DNA from: Guillardia theta CCMP2712
Lineage: Eukaryota > Protista > Cryptophyta
Assembly (NCBI RefSeq): GCF_000315625.1
Contig: NW_005434431.1
Coordinates: forward strand, 26,996-64,262
Length of the DNA: 37,267 bases
Direction of reading: 5' to 3'
Shown: positions 21,576 to 32,679 of the stretch, one piece after another
How positions within the stretch are numbered: the stretch's first letter is position 1
Layout of the letters: each line of letters starts with the position of its first letter
Made by a program: the position numbers and the translations under genes
The notes under the pieces: generated by a model
Told to the model about the DNA's origin: nothing
Database searches by the model: none
What the model saw: only the letters and a program-made list of their open reading frames with translations

Positions 21576-23820
21576 CTAGGCTTGGCTTTCATTCAATTCC
21601 TCAGCATCTGCTGCGTGGGCGTCGCATCCTGCCTTGGCTCGCTTGATCTGCGGGTGTCCTGCCGGCAGGAGCCTCCTCCTCGTCTCGAACGCCTGCAGGT
21701 ACCAGCCGTGCGCCCTCCTCCTCGCCTCCGCCGTGTCCTCAATGAAGCGCCGCCTTTGAGTCAAGTATGAGCTGGGGAAGGAGGTGATGAAAGAGGGCGG
21801 AACGAGCCCACCTGTTGCCCAGGCAAACTCCGAGGTCGATGGCACAATCAGCCTTGAGCTCCTCGTGGCCGACCTGCAGGAGAAGAGGTGAGCGAGAGGA
21901 GGAGACAAGCGACGCGCCTGGCAGATGAGCTGGTGCGCCTGCTCGAAGAGAGAAGTCGCGCTGTCATACCACCGACTGCTAGAGGGTGAGATAAGCGAGA
22001 GGAGGAAGCAGAGCACCATGCTTCTTCGGAGTCAGCGAGGTAGGCAGCCTTGACGTAGTGGCACCTTCCCATGGCCTGCACATGCGTTAGAACCAAGCAG
22101 AGCAGCTGCTGCAGGGTCAGAATCTCCGCACCATGAGCGATCTGGCATAGCAGAGGTCCCAAGCTTGTGTTCTTCTCTGACTCCTCACAATTTCTTGTGC
22201 TCTTCGAATGGCACGCTCACCCTGTCACGAGCTTGTGAGTCGCAAATCATCTCCCCCCCTCCCCCTCCCCCTCCCCCTCCCCCTCCCCCCCCCGCTTCCT
22301 CGCATCAAGAGACCAATGAGACGATATCCTCGAATTCTGTCCAGCGCAATCTGTTGCCGTAGATGAGCAACAGCATGTAGTCGTGATTGATGCTGCTTGT
22401 GAGCGAGAGAATATCCCATGCAACGTTGGAGCTGAAAAGAGATGCCAGTAAACAGCACGACAAATGTGTTTCAGAACAATCATAATCATCTCCATCAACT
22501 TCATCATCAACAAGAATAAAACATTATCACTACCATCATTATCATCCCCATCATCAACGATTACTCACCCGTAAATCATGAGGGCTTCACTGAGCATCAT
22601 CGGCTGCTCTACTTCAGCTCGAGTAGCAGCTGAGCGATCAAGCATCTGCAGCAGGACATGTAAGAACGAGAAAGCGCAAGGAGAGGAGACCTCAAAGGTA
22701 GCTTTGCTGAACCATTCCGCCTTGATGGAGCTCAGCTTCATCTGCTCCACCTGAGAGCAGCAAGAGAACAACCAGGCGGCACCTCCATGCAGAAATGTTT
22801 CGTCGACCTCTCGCTCTCAAAGGTCCTGGCGAGCTCCAGCAAGACTCTGCCCTGAGTCAGACCAGCAGCACAAGACAGCGGCAAGCCGTCAGCTTCCTCA
22901 CCGTGAGATCAACGGAGCAAGCGACTCATCCTCCTCAACCCTCTTCTTCGCTTTCTCCAGAATGGTGTGGAGCACTGCCTTCAAATCCTATTCGAGCTTC
23001 AGCTACACGCCTCCTCTTCTCCTTAGCTACACGCCTCCTCTTCTCCTTAGCTACACGCCTCCTCTTCTCCTTTGCTACACGCCTCCTCTTCTCCTTAGCT
23101 ACACGCCTCCTCTTCTCCTTAGCTACACGCCTCCTTCGCCGCGTCTGGTTCACCTCTGCTAGCGTCAGCATCGCCATGCCCTGGCAGGCTGTCAGTCACG
23201 AGAGCGACGCGGCTAAGGAACCTGATCGTCGTCGCAGTTGTCGGGCAAGCTGTGCGCGTCTGAAGCAGCAGACGAAGGGAGAGACGAGATCAGAGGAGCG
23301 AGAGATCAGAGGAGCGAGAGATCAGAGGAGCGAGAGATCAGAGGAGCGAGAGATCAGAGGAGCGAGAGATCAGAGGAGCGAGAGATCAGAGGAGCGAGAG
23401 ATCAGAGGAGCGAGAGATCAGAGGAGCGAGAGATCAGAGGAGCGAGAGATCAGAGGAGCGAGAGATCAGAGGAGCGAGAGATCAGAGGAGCGAGAGATCA
23501 GAGGAGCGAGAGATCAGAGGAGCGAGAGATCAGAGGAGCGAGAGATCGGTGGAACCCTCTTGCGAATGATCACTCGTGCAGCGGAGAACTAGTGCAGACG
23601 ATCAGTCGCCTCGAAGAATCTTCGTCTGTCATAGCCGAAGATTGTCTTGTCCAGAGATTGGATCATCTTGAGATTGGCACGGTTGAGAAAGGAAGAGTTG
23701 GGATAGTAACAGCACGAGAGAAAAAGATACGGCATCGGAAGAGATCTAGATGGGTCGGACCAGCAAGTGGCCAAACTCGATCTTACACGAGGGCGGCCGA
23801 TCCCGTGGGCCGATGATCTG
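21576..23820 (-). CDS. Multi-exon hypothetical protein with TPR-like helices (5' end in gap)
   Basis: Exon-like segments MGRCHYVKA, YDSATSLFEQAHQL, AIDLGVCL and YLQAFETRRRLLPAGHPQI (kinesin-light-chain-like TPR end), separated by short introns. Confidence 0.55.
23001..23134. repeat. 24-bp minisatellite, ~5.5 copies (agctacacgcctcctcttctcctt)
   Basis: Direct tandem repeat. Confidence 0.95.
23286..23547. repeat. 16-bp minisatellite, ~16 copies (gagatcagaggagcga), probably intronic
   Basis: Perfect tandem repeat between a minus-strand gttcca donor and a cttcag acceptor. Confidence 0.95.
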
Positions 23821-24327
23821 NNNNNNNNNNNNNNNNNNNNNNNNNNNNNNNNNNNNNNNNNNNNNNNNNNNNNNNNNNNNNNNNNNNNNNNNNNNNNNNN
23901 NNNNNNNNNNNNNNNNNNNNNNNNNNNNNNNNNNNNNNNNNNNNNNNNNNNNNNNNNNNNNNNNNNNNNNNNNNNNNNNNNNNNNNNNNNNNNNNNNNNN
24001 NNNNNNNNNNNNNNNNNNNNNNNNNNNNNNNNNNNNNNNNNNNNNNNNNNNNNNNNNNNNNNNNNNNNNNNNNNNNNNNNNNNNNNNNNNNNNNNNNNNN
24101 NNNNNNNNNNNNNNNNNNNNNNNNNNNNNNNNNNNNNNNNNNNNNNNNNNNNNNNNNNNNNNNNNNNNNNNNNNNNNNNNNNNNNNNNNNNNNNNNNNNN
24201 NNNNNNNNNNNNNNNNNNNNNNNNNNNNNNNNNNNNNNNNNNNNNNNNNNNNNNNNNNNNNNNNNNNNNNNNNNNNNNNNNNNNNNNNNNNNNNNNNNNN
24301 NNNNNNNNNNNNNNNNNNNNNNNNNNN
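23821..24327. other. Assembly gap
   Basis: Run of N. Confidence 1.
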
Positions 24328-24521
24328 CCCTCCCTCCCTCCTCCTCCCCTCTCTCCTCCTGCCTTCTTCTCACATCTCTTTGTTTCTCCGGCTCCCAGCT
24401 CTTGTCAGAGTGATGAGCGCAACATTAAAGAAAAAGATTTACTGAAATTAGACCAACAAGAGGCGAGAGGCACAGGGGGCGTCGCTCCTCCCTTCCTCTT
24501 CTCGTCTTGTCGATGCTCGGC

Positions 24522-26713
24522 TTAGAAGGCTGTGGGGATGGAAGTTGGCAGCTCAGCGTACTGGGTCGACGTCAGAGGAGAAGGGAACAGACTGATGGGG
24601 TGAGACGAGAACAGCAGAAGGCGGAAGCAGGAGAGGGAGGAGAGGGAAGTGTCACCTTCAAGGCGTTGATGGTGCCGTTGAGGATAATAAAGGAGCCAAC
24701 AATCTGAGCTGTGCGGATGAGAACAGCCCGAGGGAACGCGATCGCAGCGAAGGTTGCCATGGCCTTACGGGTGCCCGGAGAGAAACTGCAGGTGCGCGTC
24801 ACGAGACAAGACGAGGGAGCAGGACGAGGAGACATCGCGCACAGGATGCAGTCAAAGACGCGCAAGCGAGGACAAGAGGCAGGGGGGAAACCTGGTCGGG
24901 ATGCGGCTCTCAGACTGAGAGACGAGCGACTCAAGGTGCTGCATGTAAGTCTTGGAGGGAGTCATGAGCTTGAGCGTCGAGAGGTTGTGGGGGATGTGCG
25001 AGAGGTACCCAGACAAGACTCCTGAGATCATCGACCCGAACGCCGTGCGAAGAGCTTCTGACTGAACGATGCTCTGAGGAATGCGCTCCTCCCAGTAGTC
25101 ACTAGTTCCTCACGGGTCAGACATTGGACGCGGGGGGAAGGAGGGAGGAGAAAAGAACCAGCGGGGACTAAGGAGAATGCGAGCAAGAAAGGGATTGATG
25201 AGGGAGGAGGAGAAGAGAGGGAAGGGGGGAGGGCAGGGCAAGGGGAGAGGAGAGACGGACAGACCTCATCTGATTGAGACCAAGTCCGAAGATGACCTCG
25301 CGCACAAGACGCCATGAAATGCCTCGCATCCACCTCGTCGTGATGGGCTCCGGGTTCATGTGCCCGGCGTTGGAAGCTTCCAACACGCTGCTGAGAGGAG
25401 TCATGAGGATACCTGCACAAGTTCAGTCTCCAGCCGCCGCCCCAATGCGCTGAGTACCTGGAGCGAAAGACATTCCGAGACGGACGGCGGTTGGGTTAGA
25501 AAACTCCTCGGGTTTTACCTGAAAAAGCGAGGCTAGTCAGCGTGACCACATCTACGCCGTTGTCACCTTGTAGTCCATGTACTGGCGGAGCCCCTTGAAG
25601 CCGTTGATGTATAGGATACGAGCAGGACACTGAATGTGCATGTTGGGAAAGAGCTTGCCCCAGTGACCGGACAGACGAGCATTCATGGCCGCACTGTACC
25701 GGGGTAAGGGGAGTGAAGGGACAAGGAAGCAACTCACTTGAGGCCAGATCGATAGAAGCTCTCGATGGAAGCAGCGATGGTGACGGCAATCACGTTGGTC
25801 TTCTTGGGTCGCTGCTCCAGGAGAGGAGTGCGCATGAGCCATCGGACTTGATTCGCCTGTCTCCTCACTTCCACTGCCAGACTCTGAACCACTTCTGTGC
25901 TGAACTGAGGGCTCTCCAGGTGCTTCTTGAGCACAGTGGCAGGAAGCGAGTACATGTAGCCGTTGCTCATCGCTTTGGCGTTGGCAAACGCTGGCTCTTC
26001 GTGCAGGACGTGCAGGGCACCGATGGCGATCTTGCGGTTGCCGAACTTGTCTGGCTCTGTGTTGCCGAACATGTCCACGACCTGATGGCTTTGATCATTG
26101 ACGACTCGCTCGCGCCGGATCTGACCGTCGGCGATGAAGAACGCTCTGACCCGACACAGTCAACGTAGCCAGGAGACGCTCCTCGCACTCACCTGCTCTG
26201 AGGCCATCCCTGCTCCAGAATGGTCTGACCCTTGCTGAACTCTTCTTTGGACATGTCTTGTGCAAGCTGACAAACGGCAAACATTAACATCAAGAAGAAT
26301 ATGAATGAACGTGTCACTCCAATCAATCAGTACTCAGAACCCTAAGAGTACTTTGGGTTTAGCGCACATCGATTTTCACTCTTTAGAGGTCAACAGGCAT
26401 CGTGTAGGCAGAAAAACTCTTGACAAACATCCCATGAATACATATATGATCGTCTATATACAAAGATTCGATCCCCTTCACCATTTTTCATCCTGATTCA
26501 GATTCATCGTAACTAGCATAGAGATGTTTCGACGCCTGAACACACTTTGCTATTGCAAAAGTTCCACATCGCAACGGGTGAATAGGTGGAGGCGTGTAGA
26601 GGAGGAAAACGTCTCACCTTTCTGAGAGTGCTCTCAGAGCAAGCATGGAACATGGAGCTCTGCCGCAGCAGCCTGATCGCCTCGTCCTGCTCATCCCGGT
26701 TGTTGATCCCCAT
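24522..26713 (-). CDS. Multi-exon fusion: cyclic-nucleotide-binding-homology domain + mitochondrial-carrier-like membrane domain
   Basis: N-terminal LRQSSMFHACSESTLRKLAQDM...FSKGQTILEQG...FFIADGQI (CNB fold). C-terminal MTPLSSVLEA, WMRGISWRLVREVIFGLG, GYLSHIPHNLSTLK and FPRAVLIRTAQI resemble degenerate SLC25 repeats. Confidence 0.7.
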
Positions 26714-26734
26714 GCCTGCTCCACGCGCTCCCTC

Positions 26735-27425
26735 ACCCCTGACACCACCCCTACCCTACCCTACGCTACCTCACGCTACACTACCCTACCCTACCCTACC
26801 GTGTTGCCTTCGCACCGGAATTTCAGATTCATCTACCCCATCCTTTGACCCCACCCCCTACGTCAGGTGGTCAACCCTCACATACTCCAAAAGAGGGATG
26901 TGGGACGGGTCTGAAACTCAATATTACCCACCCTACCCCTTCTCACAGCAATCCTCCTTTTGTTACCCCTATACCCTAACTCAACACCCCCACCCCCACC
27001 CTGAAAGTGATACGGTGAAGTAAGCCTTTCCTCTACACAGTCACTACCCCCTACCCCCCTTTCTTCCCCAATTCAAGAGTTGATGGGTTGCCCCATGTCA
27101 GAAACACCCTACCCACCCTTGAACTCCCGACATGATATCACTAAAATAGAGGGGTCATCGGAAGACGTGACCTTCAACCACCGGTGGTTCTGTAGCCAAA
27201 GCTCACCTTCTACACCCCTGCCTCTGTGACAACCACCCCTACCCTTCCCAGGTGAGCTCGAAAATGTAGGCGGTGCAGGTTTCACCGGTAGGTTTTCCTA
27301 GTCAAGGTCCTAAAGTATGAGGTAGGGTACTTTCAAGGGGGCGTTGCAAGGTAGTAAAGGGGTAGGGTACTACACCCCACCCAGGTGAAATCAGGTACGT
27401 TAGCGGTACCTCAGGACCCCTTTTC
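26735..27425. promoter_or_regulatory. Divergent intergenic region: (CCCTA)-rich left part switching to GGGTA-rich right part
   Basis: ccctaccctaccctac runs at 26748-27250 and ggtagggtac motifs at 27320-27370. The role is inferred from position. Confidence 0.4.
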
Positions 27426-27976
27426 GCTGATGAGTCTGTCGGTTACACTACCGTTTTATTCTTTGTTCAGCAAAATAACCGCTATAACCGTAGGCGTGCC
27501 GCCAAATTCAAATCTTTAAAACCTAATGGGAACGCTGGAGAACAAGGGAGGGAGGGAGGGAGGGAGGGAGGGAGGGAGGGAGCGAGGGAGCGAGGGAGCG
27601 AGGGAGCGAGGGAGCGAGGGCAGCAAGGCAGCAGGGCCAGCATTGGCACAAAACAAGAATAGGCTGAGGTAGCATAACCATACTCGAGCAACTGAGCCCA
27701 AACATGTAGCTGATGGCTTTCGCTCCTACGTGGAGACAGTGATGTGATGTATTGCCAGGTATGATCTCCTACTCCAAGAAAACCAAGCAACAAGGCACAA
27801 GCCCCGTTGCTGCCCCAATGAATTTTCAAACAAGTTGAGACCATCCCGTCTTCCCGGTGCGCACAAACCTCTCCCCAGAGCATCCCCTTCTGCTTCGGAG
27901 ATCCTGATGGCAACAGCTATGCAAAGCCAGGTGAATGTAAGAGGAAGGACTCTCAGGTATCTCACCATGTAAGCAG

Positions 27977-29312
27977 ATGAAAACAAGGCCTACAAGCGCA
28001 GTGACGAGCAAGCACGGCGAGATATCAGATCAGACAATTTTGAATGAACTATTCGCTCTCCAAACATCTCCTTGCGTGAACAAGATATCGACTTCTCCAT
28101 CTTCTTCTGTGCTTTGCTTGAACAGAGCAAACTGTGAGATTAGCGCGTCTGAGGGGCTGAGCCCTCGTGCAAGTAAGTTTGAGGACGAAAGCTACGCAAC
28201 TCCTCCGACTGTCTACAAGGGTGCAAGAAGACTTGAGGATGAAGAAAGTCAGGATGAAGACACGCTTGATGGTATGAAAGATGACGAGGAAAGCAGCATC
28301 GGCTAACAAGTCCTGGCTCAGATTACTCGGAACAAGCATCCTCACGACTTGAGATGTGCGTATTGGCTCTTGTTCTGCTACAGGAGGATGGGAGGTAACG
28401 GAGCTCGCAGCAGGCTGGGCAGCTGGTCTCCTCGCATGGAGGGCAAGCAACTTGAGGAGGGCTCCAGCTCCTCGTTGAGGCCTCGGGACCAGAAGCTGGA
28501 GGCTCAAAGGAGGTGAAGCGAAACCCCCGCAGTGCTGCTGCTCATGCTGCGCAGATACCGCGAAGAACTCGACATGCAGGTAGAGGAGAAGCGCGCGCAG
28601 ACGGCGAAGGCAGGAGGAAGAAAAGCTGCAGGGGTTTGGGTGAGCAAGCAGCAACAGTCGCGATTGCCCCGGGTAAGGAAGAGAGGAGAAGGAAGGAGAT
28701 GAGCGTGATGCAGAGCAGGACATGAGCGCGACCCCGTCTCCTCTGTTTGCTATGACGGGAAGACTGAAATCCATGCACTGGGGAGCTCGTGAGGTGGAAG
28801 AGTGGAAGGAGCAGACGGAGAAGAAGAAGAAATATCGGGAGGAGCTGCTGGAGCAGATCGAGAGGAGGAAGTTGGAAGGGAGGAGGGAGCAGGACAACAT
28901 CTGCAGGAACCTCTTCGCAGAGCGAGCAGACGATGAGAGTGAGACGTCGGTCCCCGTGACGCCCAACAAGAGGTGAAGCAGACTTGTTAGCAACCTGAAC
29001 TCACTCAATGACCAGCACCGAGACGGAGATATACGACCAAGACCTCGACTACGAGCAGGAGGTGTTGGTGGGTGAAGATGAGCCTTTCATCCTTGACGAC
29101 TTGCAGAATTGGACGGGGAGGAGAAGCGAAACGAGCGAATCAGGTGAGTCATGTTGCTTGTTTACATCATAGAACATGAAAGAACTCTCACAGTTTCTTC
29201 TCTGAAGCTGCTGGAGAGGCGAAGAGGAGATGGTGACAAGTGCAAGGTGAAGAGAGTTCCCTCTCTGCCCATGGACTTTCTCAACCGATCGCTGGGGTGC
29301 AAGAGGAAGTGA
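27977..29312 (+). CDS. Multi-exon hypothetical coiled-coil protein with two YREELxxQ[VI]E motifs
   Basis: YREELDMQVEEK and YREELLEQIERR in separate exons, with plausible GT-AG introns. Boundaries are uncertain. Confidence 0.5.
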
Positions 29313-29355
29313 CCATTGCAGTCCTCTCCTTCCATTACAAAAATGAATCGTCGTT

Positions 29356-31452
29356 TTACTCCCTCCTCCTCCTCTCATCGGGTGTCGCATTCTTTCCCTC
29401 CTTCCTGTCTCTGATCAGCGGGTTCGCCGCGTCTCTCCTTCCTCTCATGCTCGTCACACCCTCCTCCTGCCACAAGTCCACGCCCTGCGACTTCGGCGAA
29501 GCCTCCTGCACTGCTCGCTTGATCTCTGCGATCTGACGGAGACGTTGCAGGAGAGAAGCGTCTTCTTGCACGTGGGAGAGCTGCAGGAGAAGCGAGCGAG
29601 AGGAGGCGTCCTGATGGAGCTTGGCGATCTCAACCTGCATCCTTGAAATGACTTGACCGAATTTTTCCACCAGCCTCCTCTCCTTCTCCTTCCATTCCTC
29701 GCTCCCCTCACTCTCGCCCTTCCTCCCCTCCCGTGTGCTGTCGTTGTCTCGAAGGTCGACGAGCTCTCGCAGCTGCTGGTTCTCTCGCAGCAGAGCCTCG
29801 TTGGCGTCCATCAGCTGCTCCATAGTGCGGAGCAGGCCAAGCTGCTTGCTCGAATTCGTTGAGGAGCCTCGGAGGGGCAGAGCCATGGTCTGCATCTGAA
29901 GATTGAATCAGCGAGGAAGGAAGGTGAGAAGGACGATGAAGGGAAGACTATGATGATGATGAGCAGGAGGAGGAGGAGGAGGAGGAGGGAATAAAATTGA
30001 TCATGGTATTGAGGAAGAAGAAGAAGAGGAGGAAGAGGAGGATAGCGGAGCGATCAAGTACGAGTGGAGGCAGAGAGTGGGGAGTAGTTCACCTTGCTCG
30101 AGCGGAGGGCGAAGTTAAGAGTGGAGTAAGTCTCTTCAGTGTTGGCCTGGAGGGGAGAGATGGAGGCGATCAGAATCACCCGCGTCTCTCCCAGCAGATC
30201 CTCCGACAAGAGCCTGGTTAGCTTGCTGTCCCGAAGTGGAACGTGAATATCTCCTCCCTTTTCTCCTCCTCCTTTCTCTCCTCCACCGCCGCCGCCGCCT
30301 GCTAGCGCAGCCACACACTTGCCAAGCACGCTGCACGGAGTTGTAAAGAGAAGAGAAGAGAAGACGAGCAGACCTCAGGGACAGATTGATGTTCTTGGCT
30401 TCATCCAGTCTGAGTCCCGAACTTCCTGACTTTGAGAGTCTTTCGCTCCCTGCGAGATCTGCGGTGGATGAGGAGGAGGCTGAAGGCAAACCCGCATGAG
30501 TCATGCGCATGTTGACATCTCACCGACAAACGTCAGCACTGCAGACCGATGGTTCTGCTTCATCGCGTGGGGTCCCAGAAGCCTCTGTGAGTGATGAGGA
30601 GGAGGGAAGAGGAAGCAGACGGAGGGACCTGCTCGACCTTGACCTTGACGAAGACATGACTGCGACTGCTGACGTTGTTGGTCAGAGTCTTGGACACAAC
30701 TCGATTGCACCTTGAATCGAACAAGTTAACCAGCTCTCGCTCAATCGGTTCGTCACCAAGCATCTCTCAACAAGGCGATGCCCTCGCTGGTTGACGCTAT
30801 GTACCTCCATGTCGCATCCTTGCAGACAGCAGATGCGTCAACAAGGGACCGCAAGCAGGCAGGAGGAAGTCACCTGCACGAAGATGCCTTGCTCGCCCTC
30901 CCTGATCTTGAGCTTCTTCTTCTCTGACGTCAGCAGATCCTTGACCTGCGAACCTTGTCCCTAAGACCCCAGCTGCTGCCCACCTCTCTTGACCTGATCG
31001 AGATAAATCTGAAAGACGCAGAGAGAGATGCGGTACTGCATGTTCTCCTCGTCTCTTCTGATCGTCTCAAAGATTCTCTCAAGAGATCTCGGCAAGATTC
31101 CGGCTTGTTGCACGTTGCGCGATGACAGGCAGTCATCCCAGAACGACTCGCCGCCAAAGATGGTGAAGGTTTTCCCAGCACCTGTTGGTCCGTAGGCCAG
31201 CAGAAGGCCGTTGCTTCCTCGCATCACTGACTCAACCATGTCCTCGGCAGCCGCGATGAAGGTCTGACCTTGACTAGCGGCTGGCGACAGCACCTCGTCG
31301 AACCTGTACTGTCTCGTGCCGTGGGACCGCAAGCTGAGCGTCTTGTCGTCTATGATCTTCACGCAAGTCTCTTCGTCGCTCTCTGCTGGTCGTACACGGA
31401 CGATAACCCTCACTCTCCCATTCCCACTGCTCTTGCTGGCAGTTCTGCTCAT
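29356..31452 (-). CDS. Kinesin motor protein (N-terminal motor, short coiled-coil tail)
   Basis: RVRVIVRVRP, YGPTGAGKTFT (P-loop), SSRSH (switch I), DLAGSER (switch II), HVPLRDSKLTRLL and ETYSTLNFA. Confidence 0.95.
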
Positions 31453-31869
31453 CCTGCTGATGTCAGCAGTCAGTTCTCAGTCCTTTAGAAGGCATCCACA
31501 GTGGGCTGGTCCATCCCAACGGGACTCGGGCTCTCCCAACCCCACATCTGAGTCCTCCGTCATACATCCCTCCCTCCCTCCCTCCCCTCCCTCCCTCCCT
31601 CCCTCCCTCCCTCCCTTACCTCTCACCTCCTCCCTCCCTCCCTCCCTCCCTCCCTCCCTCCCTCCCTCCCTCCCTCCCTCCTCTTTAATTTTTGACGTAC
31701 AGTTGAAAACTGAAACTGAGCCGGCCCGCCCCGGATGTGCCGGTGGCACTCCGAGGGGCCCGGGTTCCGAAGTTCGGCCGCTGCTCACCGTGGCACCGCC
31801 GGTCACGGTGCCCGGTGACCGCCGGGCCGCGCAATGGCGCAAGCTTGTCCTCTTGCGAGCCTCTCCGTT

Positions 31870-32450
31870 TCAAACGCCGATCCTCCAAGCTTCCCACGGC
31901 GCATGACAACCTTACTCGTACAGTCAAGGCGATGCTCAGCGAAGCCGGCCTCATGATTGCATCCTCCGAGGCTCGATACAGTCGGGGATCCTCGGCCCGT
32001 CTCGACGGCAGGTACCCTCCCATCCTCATTTGCAACTATCATTGAAGTTTTACTCGCAGAAGGCAAAAAGTGCCTCAAGCAGAACAAAGCAGGAACAAGC
32101 TAAACCTCCGACTCAGTGCATGCACACAGCGCACAGCGAGAAGCTGCACAAACACACACAACAACTGAACCTTTGCTCATATCGCCGGTGGGTCTGAGCA
32201 GTACGAGTCGGACGTCCCCACTTGCTGCTTGTTACCCCTCCTACAGACTGTTGCTTGCCCCTGAGTCCTGCTTGTCTGCGCGGCTTCGCGCGTGGGCTGG
32301 CGGTGCCGGGCCCGGGTCTGCTGAGTTTTGTTGTGTGTGTTTGCCAGTGTGCAGCTTCTCGCTGTGGCGCTGGCCAGTGTGTGCGGCAGGTTTAGCTTGT
32401 TCCTGCTTTGTTCTGCTTGAGGCACTTTTTACCTTCTGCTAGTAAACATT
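31870..32450 (+). mobile_element. CRE-like non-LTR retrotransposon 3' fragment (RLE region + 3' UTR) interrupted by an antisense 3'-end copy at ~32048-32170
   Basis: AHDNLTRTVKAMLSEAG resembles the RLE RHD/N motif. DNA matches 34030-34150. 32050-32160 is the reverse complement of 32330-32446. Confidence 0.7.
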
Positions 32451-32679
32451 CTAGGAGGACTGTTTGCATCACATAGAGCGGTACCGTCAGCATGCGCCCA
32501 GCCTCCATGTGTCCGCTGTCCCAGCGGCGGACCCCCGGGCAGCGCCGGCTCCTTGTCGGCGGCCGCAGTGCCCTTTCTCCGTCCGCGGCCTCTGCGGCGG
32601 TGGACGCCTCGACCGCCGTACTCTGACGGCTGCCTCCGGGTACCGTGTATGAGGGCGTTCACGTCCCCTGCTGTACCGA

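Noticed and set aside
23589-23680. YitH-like GNAT fragment (FGYDRRRFF)
   Set aside because: The match is very short and probably runs into a GC-AG intron. No other GNAT motifs are nearby.
20852-24525. Long ORFs spanning N runs and poly-L/A/S/E ORFs elsewhere in the track
   Set aside because: Artefacts of gaps, microsatellites and GC-rich antisense shadow frames.
26745-26800. Telomeric repeat array (CCCTA)n
   Set aside because: Short, degenerate, interstitial and directly upstream of a gene. Reported only as G-skewed intergenic DNA.
32048-32447. MITE with terminal inverted repeats
   Set aside because: No TSD is seen, the interior matches retroelement RLE sequence, and the arm also occurs singly at 33635 and 35338.
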